Positions 39,671 to 52,977 of a stretch of 64,000 nt of DNA are shown one piece after another (position 1 is the first letter of the stretch; the number at the start of each line of letters is the position of its first letter). The translations under genes were made by a program, and so were the position numbers. Location of the stretch: positions 158,472,001 to 158,536,000 of the forward strand of contig OX597815.1 in the NCBI GenBank assembly GCA_951406725.2. Direction: 5' to 3'. Source of the stretch: Octopus vulgaris (taxonomy: Eukaryota). A model generated the notes under the pieces. The model made no database searches. It was not told the DNA's origin and worked only from the letters and a program-made list of their open reading frames with translations.

Positions 39671-42600
39671 TATGTTATTAATGTGTTATAGTAAAGCACG
39701 TATCATCTTTCACTCATTAATTGTGCGATACTAAAAGGATGATGGGAAATTGAAAGGTTAGTACACTCTGGGTGTACAAAGTGCATGACTTGTTAACGTA
39801 GAACAGCAAAAATTTGCTTCTGAATCACAATAGAAAACTTAATATTTAAGAAGTAATCATAGCTGACAACTCTTTGGTTAAGAAGTAAGAGAACGTCTGG
39901 TTAAGTATAAACGCATTTAAAAACAAATACATATTATTAAGAAATTTAATAACTGAGTTAAAACGTAGCCCGATATTTTAAAAGCAAAATGCTGAATTAT
40001 TTTTGTTTTAAAAAAGCTGCTCCACTCCTTTTTCTCTTTCTTAAATTTCAAATAAGCAATGGTTTGTATACATTAAAAAAATCTGCATTATTCAATTATT
40101 TTTGTCAACATACGTTGACTGTGATAAATTATCTTAGAATGCATCATTACCAAACCAAACATTGTGGTATTTCTTGAGAAAGCAGTTCATGTACACGAAA
40201 ACAGACCCAAAACTAAGTCCACATGCAATTCTGGTACATATTAACATCAGTTCTTGAAGTTGCGTTTGTAAATAAAACTATGAAATTCCATTCAGTTTTA
40301 CTGCTATAGCATATAAATAAAACAAGCAGTGCATTTAAAGTTGGAACAATAATGATAAACATAAATCATTTTTAAAAATACAGAACTCTATCAAAGTTTT
40401 TAACAGAACAGCTGACTCTTAGCATGATTCTAATACAGCATAAGTCTACTGTTGGAGTGATTCATGGCTATTTCTATAAACAACGATACAGGTAAATTTC
40501 CTAGATCAGACCTCCCTCCCACGTCCTATTTCCTGTTTATTTCTTTTCATTATCGGCTGTAGGAGCTTTCTCAAGTTAGTTTACTCCACGTGGGAGTTGT
40601 GAATCAGCAAGGAGATATATATCTAGTCTCGAGGAAAACTTTATGTGGTTACATAACATTCATGTTTTCCCTGCTAAAACTAGCAAAATGTTATCAAGCT
40701 AGTTGAATATTTGGGCATAATCTGATAGCCGCGAATTTGATGACAATTGATGAGAGGCTGTGAATCATGTATTATGCAATGGAGATCTATTTTCTACTTG
40801 TATGGGCAACTGACACGCTTGGTCACTTTCCTCAGTCTCAGCCTACATGCTTCCGACGTCAACCGGTAGAATCCTACGGTTGTAGTAGTGGGCTAGCTAT
40901 TTATACAGTACCTCTTATCCGGCTTCCAGAAATTCGGAAATACTGTGCAATATATTACATCCTGTATTGAGTTAACAGGCTCTGCTTTTGAAGTGGTTAA
41001 TTAGCATACGGTGTGTTAAAATAGTTTTGTTCTTTATGTTTTTAAAGTGTTATGATAGAGATTAAACGTACTCTATTTTAGTAGCGTATTAACTGGTACC
41101 GCTATCTATTAATTAAAATAATATTCCTTACTTTTCTTCATTTAATTTTCATTCTATAAACATCATACTGTATATGATGTATTTTAAGTAGATTAATATA
41201 TATCAGACAGAGCTTACTTAAGACATTTATTAATTTAGTTGTTTACATTCTAAAGTTAATTTTATATTTTAAGTATATATTTGTCTCCAGAAAGCTGAAA
41301 AAATACAGAAATCCGACACACTTCCGGACCCAAGCTTGCTGGATATCCAACTTTATTAATTATTTCAAACGCCAAGGTCTTTATGGTTATCATAATTTTG
41401 AAGAAAGCGTCCAGCATACTACATTCAAAAAGTATTTCAATTTTCACATGTAGCATGTCCTTCTGTGATTAAAGCTTTTGATAAAAACATGGACATCACA
41501 CAATCAAATTTCCCCTTATTCTTAGGTATTGCAATATATGAGAAGTATATTTTTAATACAAAACATATGATGCAAATTTCTTAACGTCATTAAGAGAAAC
41601 ATGATTGATGTGTTGCTGACAGAGAATCAAAAATTGACGACAGAACTTGGCCATAGGTTTCTTTTCTGTTGCTGTAATTTATGAATTTTTTGTTGACTAG
41701 ATTAAGCGGATTAAATTTATTACATATTTCAAGTTGTATTTCAGTGTCAAACTCAGACATAAAGATTAATATTAGTGTGATTAGATTTTTGGAATGTTCA
41801 TATAGCTTTAACTGGAAAGCGAATTAACAGAACGAATTGAAGTCTTACGTACCAACTGGAAGCGAACTCCTGATTTCGGCTCATGAATGCTGTATTTCGC
41901 CAAATAGGTTATGCTATCACCGCGCATGTCTAGAGTATTTATAAGAGAATGGTATGAAATTAAATGAAAACACAACACAGTACTTTATTAATTTTTTTTC
42001 TTTTGATATTTGCCGAAAGTCCGACAAGGAAGACAATGAAAGAAGCTGTAGTTTATTTATAAAACACTTCCACCCTAACATAATTGAATATCACTTGTAA
42101 TTGTCACATTGTTTATTTTGTTTCATTTCTTTTCTAGTTTCGAATATCTGCTTCAGTTGATACTCAAATGTAATTTTCTCTAACTGCTTTATATGAGTCC
42201 ACCCCTTCAAAGCTGCGGGCCTCATTTCAGCCCCTTCTATTATAACACGCACACACACAAAACTACCGTCTGAGGCCCTGGTCGTATGGGCGTGTTAGTT
42301 ATCTGTTAACACTTAAAACAACACCGTCCGCTCACATGCGTCTCTAAGACTATGAATAAATCCCATTTATTTTCATCTGGCTTTTTGTTTATTATATTTA
42401 GTTTATATTTCTTTTAGCTTACTTGCCTCATCGTTGCATTTTGACTACATCACGTTTTCACCATTAATTCTGGATTCTAGTTTTCATAAACTTGTAGTAG
42501 GAGTTGGAAGAACTCTCTGTTCCAGATCATCCCCTCCCCACCTTCCGTTTATTTTTCTTATTTAGTAGCTCCATTCATTTGGTGCTATCTTTTATTCTTT

Positions 42601-42909
42601 CTAAACACTTTCTGAAAGGTTTATTCTACTATTTAAAACTAGACTCATTGTCTTATCATTCATATATTTTCGCATTTTTTTATCTACTTCAGTATTTATT
42701 TATTTATTTGATCATTGTTATTATTCCAATATATATTAATATACATTCATGCAAATGATGGCTCTAAAGAAAAGATGTTTGTATATCTAAATCATGAATT
42801 ATTTGTTTGTTTGCTTTCTAAACTATTTAAAATATTAGCAAATATAGATATACTCAAAATACAAATAAATATAAAGGCGAATATATCGAAAAATAAAGTT
42901 CTCTATCTC

Positions 42910-43707
42910 CATAATAACACAGGCTTTCTATATAGCGCATTAAAGAATAGTGGATTCTCGGAGAAGATCCAGTTCAACCAGCTTAATGCTAATAATAATG
43001 CTGCACGAAGAACTAGGACTAGGAAAGTTTTGTGGTTCAACCCGGCTTTCAATTTGGCCGTAAAGACTAATATAGGTAAGGAATTTTTGAGATTAGTCTC
43101 TAAGCATTTTAGGCAGGGTCATAAATTCTACAGAATATTTAATAGAAGAACCCTGAAGGTTAGCTATTCTTGTTGCAGAAATTTCGCCTCTTACATTAGC
43201 CAACATAATAGGAAGCTAATTGAGATTAGACATGGTGCCGAGCCCATTAAGAAATGTAATTTCAAAAACGAAAGCTCCTGTCCGTTAGAAGGGAAATGTC
43301 TAGTGAAAGGAGTAGTTTATAGAGCCAAGGTGCAAGTGGAAGGCTCATCGGAATACAAGACATACACAGGGGCTTCAGAAAATTCATTTAAAACAAGATT
43401 TTATTCTCATAAGAATTCTTTTAAATACCCAGAGAATAGAAAGAAAACCAGCCTAGCAAAATATGTCTGGGAACTAAAAGAAAAGGAAGCCCCACCTTTC
43501 AACGTGACATGGAGCATTCTGGACAGGGCGGCACCATACAGGCATGGAGCTTACAAATATAATTTCAAGTGCAGGCTTTGCTTATTAGAAAAAATGCATA
43601 TATTATTCAAAGACAATAATTCTTTGAATCAAAGAAGTGAATTAATGAACTTATGTAGGCACAAGGCTAAATTTAAAATGTCGAATATAAATATACCATA
43701 TGGATAG
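42910..43707 (+). CDS. Penelope-like retroelement C-terminus with GIY-YIG endonuclease (Naiad-like), 5'-truncated, RT absent
   Basis: RKVLWFNPAF, IFNRRTLKVSYSC, CPLEGKC, GVVY...YTG, FKTRFYSHKNSF, CRLCLLEK and LNQRSEL..LCRH in one uninterrupted frame. The first ~65 aa of the 42715 ORF look like non-homologous AT-rich flank. Clade assignment is from motif recollection. Confidence 0.9.
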   Translation, partial: HNNTGFLYSALKNSGFSEKIQFNQLNANNNAARRTRTRKVLWFNPAFNLAVKTNIGKEFLRLVSKHFRQGHKFYRIFNRRTLKVSYSCCRNFASYISQHNRKLIEIRHGAEPIKKCNFKNESSCPLEGKCLVKGVVYRAKVQVEGSSEYKTYTGASENSFKTRFYSHKNSFKYPENRKKTSLAKYVWELKEKEAPPFNVTWSILDRAAPYRHGAYKYNFKCRLCLLEKMHILFKDNNSLNQRSELMNLCRHKAKFKMSNINIPYG

Positions 43708-44710
43708 AGTATATATTTTGTATTTTGATTTTTTGATTTTGATTTTGACTCTTGAGCGCTACAACGGACCTATAGCAAAGTCTTATTGTTTCTACATATA
43801 TATTAGGAAAAACCTACAAACTTTGTTTTCATGTTATTGTATTGCATAAGATTACCTTGATTATTTATATTACCTTGATTATTTATAAATGACCCAAAAT
43901 AGGATGTTATATTTTATTTTATAGGTCTTTCGTATATATTTTTATTAATGCACCCATTTTTTAAAAGCAATGTTTTTTTATAAAAAAAGCAATGTTGTCA
44001 AATTTAGAATGTTTATATAAGTTTGTGTACAGCAAAGCATATGTATTTGTAAGCATGCGCATCTGTGTATGTGTGAGTGAAAGTATGCTTGTGCTTAAGC
44101 ACACATATACACGACGGTATGTATATGTATCAATTCAAACTTGTGTATGTATACAGGCCTCTATAGATGCCAAATAACATCGCTACAATTTTTTTCCCCA
44201 CCCCTCCTCCGTTCCTTTTTCTCTCTTTCCCTTTCTTTCGTTCCCCCTCCTTGCTCAGTATATGAGAATTGCTACATAGATGAATTTTAGCTTGCGTGCG
44301 AGACGGTTTGCGTGAATATATGTACACATGCTTTTATGTGTATAATTTAGATTCATATTCATACGTCTGTATATGTATGTATGGCGTTTACGCGCATCCT
44401 TTTGTGTATGTTGATATATATATGTGGATTTTAATATAAATATGTATTGCAGTATTTATAACAGGTTTAATTTCTATGCATTAATTTGTACTGTCTTCAT
44501 TAACGGCAACAGGTTTTTTCCTCGGTATTTTCCTCGGATTTTATAATTTTTATAAGTTTTTATATATATATACATATATTTTTGACCTTTTTGTTTATCG
44601 CTCGAAGATTGACCGTTTTTTTCTAAAGGGCCAATCAAACAAGTCCATTTCTTTTTAAAGGTGTAGCGTTTGTAAGAGTATAAATTGAATTAATATATAT
44701 GTTCCATTCT

Positions 44711-44764
44711 AGCAAAAACTGTCTGATGAACGGCAACGAGAAACTCAGAGTAACAGATTTTGTT
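44711..44764 (+). ncRNA. Type I hammerhead ribozyme in the PLE 3' region
   Basis: Stem I AGCAAAA-A-CUGU / ACAG-A-UUUUGUU; CUGAUGA at 44723-44729; stem II A-CG-GCAA-CG-A; GAAA at 44740-44743; stem III CUC-A-GAG; GUA cleavage triplet with cut after 44752. Confidence 0.8.
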
Positions 44765-44789
44765 GATTTTTCTGCTGCTTAAAATAAAG

Positions 44790-45035
44790 TATATATATAT
44801 ATATATATATATATACATACATATGTATATATATACACACATATGTATGTATGTATATATACATACATATGTATGTATGTATATATATATATACATATGT
44901 ATGTATGTATATATATATATACATATGTATGTATGTATATATATATACATATGTATGTATGTATATATATATACATATGTATGTATGTATATATATATAC
45001 ATATGTATGTATGTATATATATATACATATGTATG

Positions 45036-45074
<39 letters not shown>

Positions 45075-45089
45075 ATATATATATATATG

Positions 45090-45145
<56 letters not shown>
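44790..45145. repeat. (TA)n with ~24-bp higher-order (TA)n-CATATGTATGTATG units
   Basis: Directly visible. Confidence 0.9.
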
Positions 45146-45149
<4 letters not shown>

Positions 45150-45321
45150 ACTGTGGCACCTATTCCCTCTACCAGCCAGCATAGCTGTGTATTATACAAT
45201 ATAATGTGCAAATCATTTGGACCGGGCTCAAGAGTCATACAAGGGCTTCACACTGCATCATCAACGACTCATTTCAATGATTCTTTCTAGTAATGGTTTT
45301 GCTCGTATACGAGAAAGCAGC

Positions 45322-45377
<56 letters not shown>

Positions 45378-46224
45378 GTAAACTGACATAGTTTTCTGTT
45401 AGGGAAATAAGTCTCGTAGCTCGTAGGCATGTAGATCCAACCGAAATTAATACTCTGTGGAATTATGTAGCAATGATCCTCGAGTATCAGTTGTACTTTA
45501 GTGACGTTGAATTTGCAGTGTATTGCTACTGTGGTAAACCCTAAACGGATTTCGTGTGTGTTCTGCTACTTCTTTATGGATACTTAGCTCTATACATTTA
45601 ATACACATGCACAAACCTAAGTACAGTAGTACTAACGTACATCCTTGAGTATTCGCTCGCTTATAAGAATCCTTTACAAACAACAAATAAACGTCGAAGT
45701 TGTTGCTATGGAGTACTAACCATGCCGCACGGAGACATTTGACGACGCTAAGTCTCGGTCAAAAACACCTGCGAAGGGCTATCAGTTACTTAAAATTGTT
45801 GAATGTATGTACCTTATCACATAACAAACAAACTGAAAGGTATCTCAATAACACTGGACATTTGAGATAACGTTAAGCTTTTGTGCACATATGTATGTCA
45901 AGTGAATTTCAACAAGATCTTATCGCATAAAGGAATTTTAGAAATGATAACAGCAACAGCTAGTTGATTTGTTCAGTGGAAATAATATGGAATTAACGTA
46001 AATTTAAGCATTTTATTTCTTCATTCACTCGATGGTAAAGGAGGCTTGTTTACCTGTGATAATTCAGAACAGGTCTTTGGTTTAAAAGGCGTTATTGGAT
46101 CGTTAAGAAAATGTAAAGTAATCTCAAAACGCAGTGATCGTTATATGTATATAGTTACCTGACAATGTGCGTGTGAGTGTGTGTTTGTTTATTTGTTTGT
46201 TTGTTTGTGTGTGTGTGTGTGTGT

Positions 46225-46284
<60 letters not shown>

Positions 46285-46388
46285 ATGTGTGATCGTGTAG
46301 TTTCGAAGTTCGCTTCGTAATCATAGGATCCCGAATTCGATCCCGGTGCATTGCATACTGAGCCTGAGTAATTTGCTACATACAAACA

Positions 46389-46709
46389 GGCGCTGGTACG
46401 GCTGTGTGGTAAGAAGTTTGCTTCTCAACCACATGGTTTCAGGTTCAGTCTCAATGCGTGGCGTTTTGAGGGAGTGTCTTCAACTATCGTCTTGGGTCGA
46501 CCAGAACCTTGTGAGTGGATCTGGTAGACGCACACGCACACACACACACGTTGGGATTTTTTCAGTTTCTGTCTACCAAATTCACTCAAAAAGCCTTGAT
46601 CGTCCCGAGACTATAGTAGAAAGCACTTGACCAAGATATCATATAGTTGGACTGAGCCTGGAACCACGTGGCTGAGAAGCAAACTTTTTACAACACAGCT
46701 ACACCAGTG
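46389..46709. mobile_element. Inverted pair of SINE family A 5' halves
   Basis: 46389-46530 on +, ~46561-46709 on -, separated by a short (CA)n spacer. Confidence 0.85.
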
Positions 46710-47140
46710 GGAAGATACGGAGATTGATTGTGTGGTTTTAAATGTATCTGGGTTTTAAAATGAATTTTTATTTTCATTAAAAAAGATTTTTTTTTAACTT
46801 ATCAAAATATCATAACGATTTCAACATATTATCATAATCGTTTTTTTCTTTTTTGCTTCGCAATGGTAAATAAAGAAAAAAATTTATAGGAAAATTTAAA
46901 AGAAAGAAAAAGTTTCATAGCGATAAAAACATGTTCAACAATAGGTTTTACAGAAAATTACGCAATGAAAATTGAAGTGTTTGCTAAGTTTCACACAATG
47001 ACACTTTAAGCCTTCGATAAATTTCGTAGCAATTAATTTGCGAGTCCAGTGAGTTTCATAGCAATAAATAATAGCAATTAGATACGATGAAGATTTTAAA
47101 GTATAAAGAAATTTGTTTCATAAGCTCTGTCGTGTTACTG

Positions 47141-47291
47141 ATCTATCTATCCGCTCAGTCGAAGTCAACTCTCGGTTACTCGATGTATCAGTGTCCTCCA
47201 GCCAGTTCTATCCTGGGTCGTTTCTTTCAGATTGGCTATGTCCATTCCCGTGTCATTCTTGATGGTGTCAAGCCAGCGGGTTCTTGGTCGG
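47141..47291 (-). mobile_element. RTE (BovB-like) LINE extreme 3' end
   Basis: Minus translation RPRTRWLDTIKNDTGMDIANLKETTQDRTGWRTLIHRVTES, then a short (GATA)n tail. Confidence 0.75.
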
Positions 47292-47900
47292 TGTTACTGA
47301 TACATTGGTATAAAGGGAAAATTTGTTATTTGCAATGTTTGTTGCACAGGGAACCAGATGTTTACTACTTGGTATTTTTCTGGTATTGTTATCACGTAGC
47401 TGTTGAAGGTGGACTGTTATTGTGTCGTATAAATGACTTTAAAATGTTGGGGTAAATGTTTGTTCTAATTTAAATTCATAAGTAAATTCACAATAAGGTT
47501 GACGGAGATTCCGTAATCAAGGTAGTTACATTTTTGATTATTGTAGTTGTGTTTTTGGTGGGTAATCTATGCTAGTAAATAATTTTTTAAAAGACTTTGG
47601 TTGGTTTTTACTTTCAAATATTTTGTGTGTTCCGAGTGTCCTCTTCCTTTTCGTGGGTCATTCATCAAAAATGGAATATCTTGATGAATGGTGTATGCAT
47701 CACTACTTCTTGGAATGCGTGTTGATTTATTAGGGTAACTATTGAGTGTATCAGGATGTTTCATGCTTTTCGTATTTCTTGGCTGTCTCATTTTTGCGCA
47801 TTCTATTGCATTATTGATTCAAGTTAGTGGGAATTGGCTTTCGACTGACATATTCTTAAGTTCTTGTAATCCTTTCTCCCGGGTTTCGGGACTGGATAGA
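47290..47900 (-). mobile_element. Decayed Penelope-like element (post-RT linker and GIY-YIG C-terminal part)
   Basis: Broken minus-strand motifs REKGLQELK..INNAIECAK, SKNQPKSFKKLFT and ITVHLQQLRDNNTRKIPSSKHLVPCA. Confidence 0.55.
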
Positions 47901-47917
47901 GTTATCTTTTATATATT

Positions 47918-48142
47918 TATCTTTTATTTGTTTCAGTCATTAGATTACAGCCAGGCTGGGGTTTCATCTTGAAGGACTTTTAGTCAAATGAATCAACACG
48001 AGTACTTATTTTCCTTTTAAGCCTGGTACTTATTCCATCGGTCTTTTGCCGAACCACTAAGTTACGGAGACGTAAGCACACCAACACCGGTTGTCAAGAT
48101 GTGGTGGGAGACAAACAGGCACAAAGACACACATAATATTAC

Positions 48143-48190
<48 letters not shown>

Positions 48191-48366
48191 ACACATACAT
48201 ACATATACCAGCTTCTTTCAGTTTCCGCCTACCAAATCCACTCACAAAGCTTTGGTCGACCCAAGGCTATAGTAGAAGGCACTTGCCCAAGATGCCACGC
48301 AGTAGAATCGAACCAGGAGCCATGTTGTTGGGAAGCAAATTTCTTACTATACAGCTATGCCTGCAC
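47918..48366 (-). mobile_element. tRNA-SINE family A
   Basis: Full-length reverse-complement match with internal (TA)n. Confidence 0.85.
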
Positions 48367-49417
48367 TTATACAGTTGTACAGATTATTCTTGACAGGTTA
48401 AACAGATTACTTGCCTTCGTATGCTTTGGATGACAGGAAGGAAATAACTGGTATCGTTTGAGCCTGTTGATTTGAAGTGAATATCAGTTTTAATGCTCGT
48501 ATCTCATTTTAGGTTTAAGATGATCAAAAAAGTAGTTGTTTGTAACTACATTCCATAGTAAATGAGACATTACGGTCTAGGTGAGTCCTCAGGATAAAAC
48601 AATCATCCAAGTAACACCGAAAAACGGTACTCTTCAAACTTGTTACCTAAACAAATAGAGTTTAATAAGAAAAGTGCCAAACTTTAAAATAAGTACAGGA
48701 TGGCTATGATCGATTAAAGTTCTTTTATATGATCATTAAAGCCCTTTCATATTTTAATACCGGTATGAAAATATAAAGGAAGAAAAGAATATTTACTTAA
48801 AGCATGTTCTAGAAATTCCATTTTTGTTTTGTCAATACATCTTTAACTTATATATCTTTTCTTTCCTTTGTAAACCTCTACGTTATACTGGGTTTCAGAT
48901 ATTTTTCCTTTTGAAGCATACACGTACAAATAAATACTCATAAACATATACACTACACGTAGACTGCCTACCACACCACGCATACACATACGCAAGCAGA
49001 CACTAGGGAGCAACCCCACTTTTTATTTATTTATCATGACTACTTTTTTTTTTCAAACTGTCTATTTTCCTTCTTTGTTCAGGGTTGCCCCTCTTTTCTC
49101 TTGCCTATGTCTCCCTTCTCATGTACAACTGCGGTTGTTATTGTTTGAAAACATCTTCGTTGTTGTCATCTTACAAGGAGAAAGTTACAAGCAAAACAAA
49201 TAACTCCGACTCGTTTGACAAAGAACCTTGTATACGAAAACAACAACGATTACAAAAATAACATCCACGTACACCAAACAATATCATCATCTTGTTGTTC
49301 TTCTTTTTGTTTTCTCCTCTTCCTTTTTCTCCTTCTTTTTCTCTTCCTCCGCTTACTTTTTCTTCAAGATAACAATAATATAAAACAACAAAAACGAAAA
49401 GGATTTCAACAACAACA

Positions 49418-49978
49418 GGCGCAGGAGTAGCTCTGTGGTAAGTAGCTTGCTTAACGACCACATCGTTCCGGGTTCAGTCCCACTGTGTGGTACCTTGGGC
49501 AAGTGTCTTCTACTATAGCTTCTGGCCAACCAAAGCCTTCTGAGTGGATTTGGTAGACGGAAACTGATATATTGATATATATATATTTATATATATATAT
49601 ATATTGATATATATATATATTTATATATATTGATATATATATATATATATTGATATATATTGATATATATATTGATATATATATATTTATATATATATAT
49701 TGATATATATATATTGATATATATATATTGATATATATATATTGATATATATATATTGATATATATATATTTATATATATATATATATAATTTATAAGTG
49801 AGGGCAAAAGAAAAAATTTCTAATGCCAAAATATGCCGAAAATAGACACAACTATTTTCGGCATATTTTGGCATTAGAAATTTTTCTTTTGCCCTCACTT
49901 ATAAATTGTTTATAAATTTAACCTTTAAAGCATATTAAAAAATATTTTAATATTTTCGAAAAATTTTATCCTACATTA

Positions 49979-50042
<64 letters not shown>

Positions 50043-50250
50043 TGTGTGTCTGTGTGTCTGTGTTTGTCCCCTCAACATCACTTGACAACCGATGCTGGTG
50101 TGTTTACGTCCCCGCCCATTAGCGGTTCGGCAAGAGAGAACCGATAGAATAAGTATTAGGCTTACAAAGATTAAGTCCTGGGGTCGATTTGCTCGACTAA
50201 AGGCGGTGCTCCAGCATGGCCGCAGTCAAATGACTGAAACAAATGAAAAA
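49418..50250 (+). mobile_element. tRNA-SINE family A with expanded microsatellite and nested fold-back insert
   Basis: Head 49418-49567, tail ~50055-50250, insert at 49789-49982. Confidence 0.85.
49789..49982. repeat. Fold-back element: 57/56-bp arms, 6-nt loop, ~75-nt tail, in (TA)n
   Basis: 49789-49845 is the reverse complement of 49852-49907 except one A-run indel. Confidence 0.9.
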
Positions 50251-50266
50251 AAAATAAGAAAAAAAA

Positions 50267-50325
<59 letters not shown>

Positions 50326-50386
50326 CAACAATAACAATAACAACAGCAGCAACAACAACAACAACAACAATAATGATAATTATAAT

Positions 50387-50520
50387 CATTTCTACTATAG
50401 GCACAAGGCCTGAAATTTGGGGCAAGGGATAGCCAATTATATCGACTCCAGTACTCAACTGGACTTAATTTACTAATCCCAAAAGGATGAAATGTAAGGA
50501 TGAAATTTGAACTCAGAACA
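50387..50520 (-). mobile_element. SINE family B 3' portion next to (TAA)n
   Basis: TTTCTACTATAGGCACAAGGCCTGAAATTT end shared with the 53648 copy. Confidence 0.7.
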
Positions 50521-51769
50521 TATCTATCATTAACTAAAATGAATTTGACCTATCGCTTCCCTTGCCCATCCCTTTCTCCCATGTTACGTGCAGATATTCT
50601 TTTTACTGAAAATGGAAAACGTGTTCGCGTCATCTCATGTTAGTCTTCATGTTATCCCTGGTTGCTTCGACACTCCGATTGAGAAATTATGCAATGAGTT
50701 TATTTTTTTACTATACGGTCATCAATATTTTTGCTGTTGTTTTTGTTCCTTAACCTCTGAATCAGTCATGACTGGGCAGGCCTGCTTTCAAAGACAATGA
50801 AACCCAAACAATACTGTATTTTATTTTTTACCCCGGGTCACATAATCCAATGTATCCTTCTTTTGTAAGCAGTGTTTATTTGTTGTTAATTTGGTTGCTG
50901 CATCTAACAGGTAAAGTGTTTAATGCTGTGAACACTTTTAGTTACAAAGTTTTAATTTCAAGTGTAAATGAACTTGTGAGTTCGCATATTGGTACCAAGG
51001 AAAATAATACATCATTAATTTTATAAATTCATAGGTTTGAAGCTTAAATTACTGATTTGGTCTTAAGACTTACCATTTAACGAATTCTTTTATTTGGGTT
51101 TTAGAAACTTTGCAAGAACATGGTTTCAAATATGAAAATGGACAAATACTATATACAATACAGCGTATTTCGAAAAATACGACAATAATCTAATAACCAA
51201 TTTCCTTTGATCAGAAGCATTATTCTATATAATTAAATGAAACTAATTATTTTTCACGGCATACGTGTACTAGTTTGGGTCAATTCTTTTCTGTGTTTGA
51301 AATTTATTACTTAATTTTTCTCTTGCTAAGAATGTTTGGTAACTTAGTTTCTGTACTATATGAAATATAAAGTTAGTATTGATGCATTTAAAAAAGAAAA
51401 TTCTTCTGCAGTCAGAACATATCAAGCCTGCTTTATACGTACCTATCTAAGCGCTTCGATTGCTCCAAGTCTCACTTTGAAAAGCACTCGATAAAAAATG
51501 ACTACGGTATATTGAAGTGTTGTTTATGAATCCTTATACCTTTTTACCCTTTATTGATTTAGATTTTACACTGTAATTCTTTTTTATCAGTGAGCTTCAT
51601 ATTTTACCCCAAGAACCGTCTATTTGTCGGTTGCGCTTGACTTTTTCAACAAATGATTAAGATTGCAATAAGAAATCCATCATAACCATATCGATTAAAA
51701 AGAGAATGAAATAAGTTTAGATAATAATTGTCTGGTTCATGAATATTATCAAAGTTTAGCATGAAATAA

Positions 51770-52540
51770 AACTTTAGAGATGAAGTTGATGAAAATCGAG
51801 AAGAAAAGAAAATATTTGCCCCGATAGATATAGTAGATGGCAATTAAATCCAATAAAGAAAAGTAAAATGGATAGGGAGAAGACTAAACTATAGGGACAT
51901 ATTCCATTTAGAAATTTAAAAAAATAATTAAAATGTAATAATCTGAAGAGAAACAGTGAATAAATCATATACAGAAACAATGGAGAGTGAATGACGGTAA
52001 TAAAGAAAAAAAAGTAAGAGCAGAAGGAAGGAATAATGAGAGAAATGGACAAATAAAATAAGGAAAGAATGAGAGAAAGGATGCTGGAAGACATTTAATG
52101 AAAGTACAAAATATTGTGAAAATAAAAAGAAATGGGGGTAGGTGTTGAGAGGAAAGCGAGAGAGAGAGAGAGAGAGGGGGGGGGCAGAGGAATGAGAGGA
52201 GAGAGAGAGAAGGGAGAAGGAAAAGATGGAGAGCAAGCAGAGGAAAAGGTAAAATGGAGATAATGTTAAAAAAGAGAGATAGGAATGATTAAAATAAAAA
52301 AGAGAGTAGCTAAAAAAAACACAGTAAAAAATAAAGAAAGGAAAGAGGAATGAAAACGGAAAGAGAAGAAAGAGGAAAGAAAAATAAGAAAAATTCATGA
52401 TTTAAATAAAGGGAAAAAGTAAACGAGGGAAAAAGAAAACACAAAGAGAGAGAGAAGGAGAGGGAGTGAGGGTGTGAGGGAGAGAGCAATAAAAAAACAA
52501 ACAAACGAATGAATGACAAAAGAGGGAATATGAGAGTAAT
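51770..52540. repeat. Purine-rich (GA/A) low-complexity tract
   Basis: Strong strand asymmetry; explains the F/L/S-rich minus ORFs. Confidence 0.8.
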
Positions 52541-52855
52541 GCCGAGCGTGTTCATGAGTGAAAATCATTCCAAGACGAAGTTAATTACAGTTGTAATGAT
52601 GTTATTTGTAATTCGCCTGGCGGCTGTAAATGTACACCGTAATTGGGAAGATATTTTGACTCTTTAACGGAAATGCTCAGTTTCCTCTCAAACAAATAGT
52701 CAAGTACGCACGCAGACACATATTCGCGCGCGCATGCGCACACAGCCTCATCCTCAATCGAACACACACACACACACATATATATATAAAGATATATATT
52801 TATATATATATAGATATGTATGCCCTTACACATAAACACATCTCACGCAAAGTCA

Positions 52856-52886
<31 letters not shown>

Positions 52887-52940
52887 TCTAAATTTATATA
52901 TATACACATGTAGATATACGTCTCTTTATATGCATAAATG

Positions 52941-52977
<37 letters not shown>

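Noticed and set aside
42853-42913. Inverted echo of 43697-43727 as an inverted pLTR
   Set aside because: Only two short AT-rich matches with a large gap.
42715-43707. Selenoprotein-type Naiad
   Set aside because: No in-frame TGA in the retained part and no SECIS identified.
45285-45326. CTCG-TATA-CGAG-AAA-GCAGC-TA as a hammerhead
   Set aside because: No CUGANGA core; a simple hairpin explains it.
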